DNA of 64,000 bases from Balanoglossus misakiensis (Eukaryota; Animalia; Hemichordata): positions 682,001 through 746,000 of the forward strand of contig CM082590.2 in the NCBI GenBank assembly GCA_040954595.2. The letters run 5' to 3'. A program made the position numbers and the translations under genes. Positions 60,819 to 64,000 of this stretch are shown here, in pieces. The number at the start of each line of letters is the position of its first letter. Position 1 is the first letter of the stretch. The notes beneath the pieces are model-generated. The model saw only the letters and a program-made list of their open reading frames with translations. It ran no database searches and had not been told where the DNA came from.

Positions 60819-61026
60819 ACATGTCAGTTTAACAAGACCCAAGACAACACCGCCCTCTTCGTCCAATACAATGCTGTTATGAGAATATGTTGTTGCCATG
60901 GTTGCTGCATACGCTGGTATTTCACTTTTGACGGATCAGAGTGTAGTGGTCCAAGATCGGTAGAGGGCGTTGTTTACATGGCAAACTATTACAACGCAGA
61001 TTTACATCGATACAGGAAGGTACAAG
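60819..61026 (+). CDS. CTHRC1: CTHRC1-like exon 3
   Basis: ttttcAG|TCQFNKTQDNTALFV...CCIRWYFTFDGSECSGPRSVEGVVY...HRYRKVQ G|GTAAGT (phase 1). Confidence 0.92.
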
Positions 61027-61254
61027 GTAAGTAGATTTTAATGATACTAGAACCCATGCGTAGAAAAGAAACACGAAACACACACATTTATCAAACCAAT
61101 TCCTGTTAATCCTTGTTGTTCCTTGTCAATCCATGATTATGGATGCTGATAAATGTGAATAAGTTAAAGGAACAATGTGCTCTTATTTGAGGATTCTGTA
61201 CTCCATTTCCTATTCAAACAGCATATACGAGGATAGCAAAACTGGCCAAAAAGG

Positions 61255-61628
61255 TAGTCTCGGTTACCCAGACCCCCTGCTTCTTCCGTTGGGCACTCCA
61301 GAAAGAGGGTCGGGGGAAACCCCATAGACAAATCTCCGGGCAAAGATGGCGATGCATGATGGTTGCAGCCTCATACATAAAAAAAACATACTGAGATGTG
61401 CTAGACCTGCTAAAATTGTCTATAAATTGAAAAGAGAGAGAGAAGTTTGGTAAATAGTTTTCTAATATCGTCATATCATAATATCGTATGTCATACATGT
61501 CGATCATCATGCATCGCTTTTGTCCCGAGTCGGCCATCTTTGCCCGGAGATTTGTCTATGGGGTTTCCCCAGACCCTCTTTCTGGAGTGCCCAACGGAAG
61601 AAGCAGGGGGTCTGGGTAACCGAGACTA
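61255..61628. mobile_element. MITE with TAG...CTA termini and 10-bp TSD (AcademH-like)
   Basis: About 95-bp near-perfect TIRs; TSD GCCAAAAAGG at 61245-61254 and 61629-61638. Confidence 0.8.
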
Positions 61629-61884
61629 GCCAAAAAGGTTGAAAGAGAGCGAAATTGCCCCTTTAATAATAAAGGGGTACCGTGCCCGTTTATTCAGCCG
61701 CTCATTGGAAGAATACACAAAGTTCGGTGTATGTCCACATAGGTATTAAATCTTCACAAATTTCAAATTGTGCCACCTGTCGACTTTGGATAATGAGAAG
61801 ATGGCAATATTTGATGTTATATATCGCAGCTAGAAGGGTATTTATATTCAATACTGTACCGAGCCTCTTTTTTCCTGACTGTAG

Positions 61885-62036
61885 GCTACTGTACAAACCT
61901 GTCTAAAGGCATAATCAACGTGGCTATTAACATCGGTGCCTGTTCTGGATATGGCTATTATGACGGCTACAGCGGTTGGAACAGCGCCTCTCGTGTCATC
62001 ATTGAAGAAGTCCCTCCATCACCTTATGGAGATTAG
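61885..62036 (+). CDS. CTHRC1: CTHRC1-like exon 4 (last)
   Basis: tgtAG|(G)YCTNLSKGIINVAINIGACSGYGYYDGYSGWNSASRVIIEEVPPSPYGD*; AATAAA at 62287. Confidence 0.92.
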
Positions 62037-64000
62037 TCGAGTCAAATCTACTCAATCCGTTGTTTGGATTTTCAAACAAATGGTCGTTGAAACAAGGAGA
62101 TCGTCTCGGCGTTATCTATTGCTTCAATAACTTATTCTGAGAGTGTGCCTTTAACATGGTAATATATTTAAATACCAATCCAAGAAATCTATGTTGAACT
62201 ATAACGCCCGTTGTCAAATCTTCATACATTTATCATACATGGCGTGTGTTACAAGTTGACTTTCTCCATCAAAATGAAGCTTCTGAAATAAAATTCGTCA
62301 AGTCTTTTATTTTATTTTAAAGAGGAAATAATCCAATGTTCTATTTAGTAAAATATGAGAAAAGGTCTAAGACTTTATTTTTTCTCCAGACGCAACGAAC
62401 TTAATTTACTGTAAGCAGCCATTCCAGTAATATGTCGTTTGATTATATAGTTGGACGTTTCCTTTTTCGGGTGTTTTACTAACCATTCTTATTTGGATAT
62501 TGAACAATACAATGTACATTGGTAACTTGGAAAAGCTTATCTCACATGTCATACAACATGTCACTCCTCCGAAGGAACATATAGATCTGATAATTAGTAG
62601 ACGCAGCATTAAGAGTAATTTGCATATTTGTTTCTATGGTCAATACTTCAAGAACGTCTAAATCACTTTTCCTTGAAATTTGGCAGGAAGATACTTTGGA
62701 TGAATATCTCCCGACTTTACAATTTATGTATGTGCTCGATTGAAGGATTACAAGCACCAAGTTCGGAACGGCTAAGATTTTCTTCGAGAAGAATGCGGCA
62801 ACCTTTCAAATTCATCTGTAATATTGATAACAAAATCACATATCGAAGTAGATAAGTTTTCTGTGACTATAAAGTGTGTAAATATCAATTTGAGTATCGC
62901 TTTTATTTCATCTAAGTAGTGTAAATGCCTTATAGCCAATAAACAAGTAGAATATGACATAGTATCCTTAATTCTTTGCAATTAAAATAATCACCAATGG
63001 GCCCCGTCCACCAAGTGATGTCGAACAGATTTTCTGTCTGTTTCTGTCAACTCGGTATTTCAAGAAGCGCCGTTGAAGAGATTAAAGTTAAATTTGGTAT
63101 ACGGGTACAGTATAGAAGATTTGAGTTGTTTGGCATGAATTGGCATATCAATGATATTCTCAATCTGATAATGCTTGTCTTTGGGAAGTGCATTGGGGAT
63201 TAAAGTTTGTTTTCCTGTGGTTTACCCTGTTGCGTTGAGTTTGACACTACACTTTGCTGGAATGATACGTCATCTTCTTGGAATTCAATGTAGTTTCTGT
63301 TTTTCCTACATGTTCACTCGCTGACATAGGCACTGATGTTATGTAAAGCTAGTAATACCCGGCCACAGCTGTTAATCCAGATAGAACCTCTCATACAGAT
63401 TTCTACAGATTTCTTTTACCCATTCTGCGTAGAAGAGAAATCCCCATATAAAGGCCAAATAGTCCTGTTTCATAAGTCAGGTACATGACATATGTACCGA
63501 CATCTGTGATTGGTAGATCTGGTAATCTTAGGTCCACTTGCGGCATGCTGATTGGAGGGACCTTATGTGTTAGGTCTTATTATTATGTATTATTCATTAG
63601 ACCTTGTAGGTTAGGTCTTATTACTATGTATTATTCACTGTACAGCTCCCTGATCGGTGAATGTGTAGGTCTGGTCCTCCAGTGTTCACTGCCTCATTAT
63701 GCAGGAGCTTGTAGGTTTGGTCTTATTAATATGTATTTATTCAATTTTCAGCTCCCTGATTGGTTAATGTGTAGGTCTCCAGTTTTCACTGCCTCGTTAT
63801 GCAAAATTGTTTGTGCTTTCTGAATACATTTGTCGTATACTGTCTGGCATGCTGCCTGCGCGTGGTCGAAGCTCGACCCCAGTGTATAAAGAAAGGCACT
63901 CATATAATGATTGGATTTCACCTTTTCCTTTACTATTCATGGCATTTTATGTGATACTGTGAACTAGATACTCGAAATAAAAATTGCCAGGAGAATTTTT

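Overview
Animal nuclear DNA, probably a marine invertebrate (inferred from the transposon repertoire; the species cannot be determined here). About 36% GC by eye and dominated by transposable elements. Two host genes sit at the edges, neither resolved by the ORF track: the last coding exon of Cullin-1 (892-972, +) and a complete 4-exon CTHRC1-like gene (56632-62036, +, 194 aa). The centre is a nested transposon complex. A minus-strand L1/Tx1-type LINE is split by a Gypsy LTR element (17118-47386, TSD ATAC, LTRs about 97% identical). The Gypsy has grown from about 7.1 kb to 30.3 kb through insertion of a solo LTR, a full BEL/Pao element, a truncated LINE, a Harbinger-type MITE and a hairpin-ended element. 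That hairpin-ended element contains a Helentron-type HINE, which contains a piggyBac derivative, which contains another HINE, a DIRS-like gag ORF, a Kolobok-like fragment and a near-intact LINE. The most unusual signals are: (1) a BEL/Pao element whose primer-binding position is complementary to its own LTR, as in Tf1-style self-priming; (2) a LINE with a 2A/StopGo motif before ORF1 and an AUG-less ORF2 in frame behind a single UAG; (3) a captured LTR-end plus tRNA-Leu primer cDNA with CCA and a fold-back; (4) a 27-bp exon/intron inverted duplicate in CTHRC1. All coordinates were counted by hand, and family assignments come from motif recognition, not database searches.
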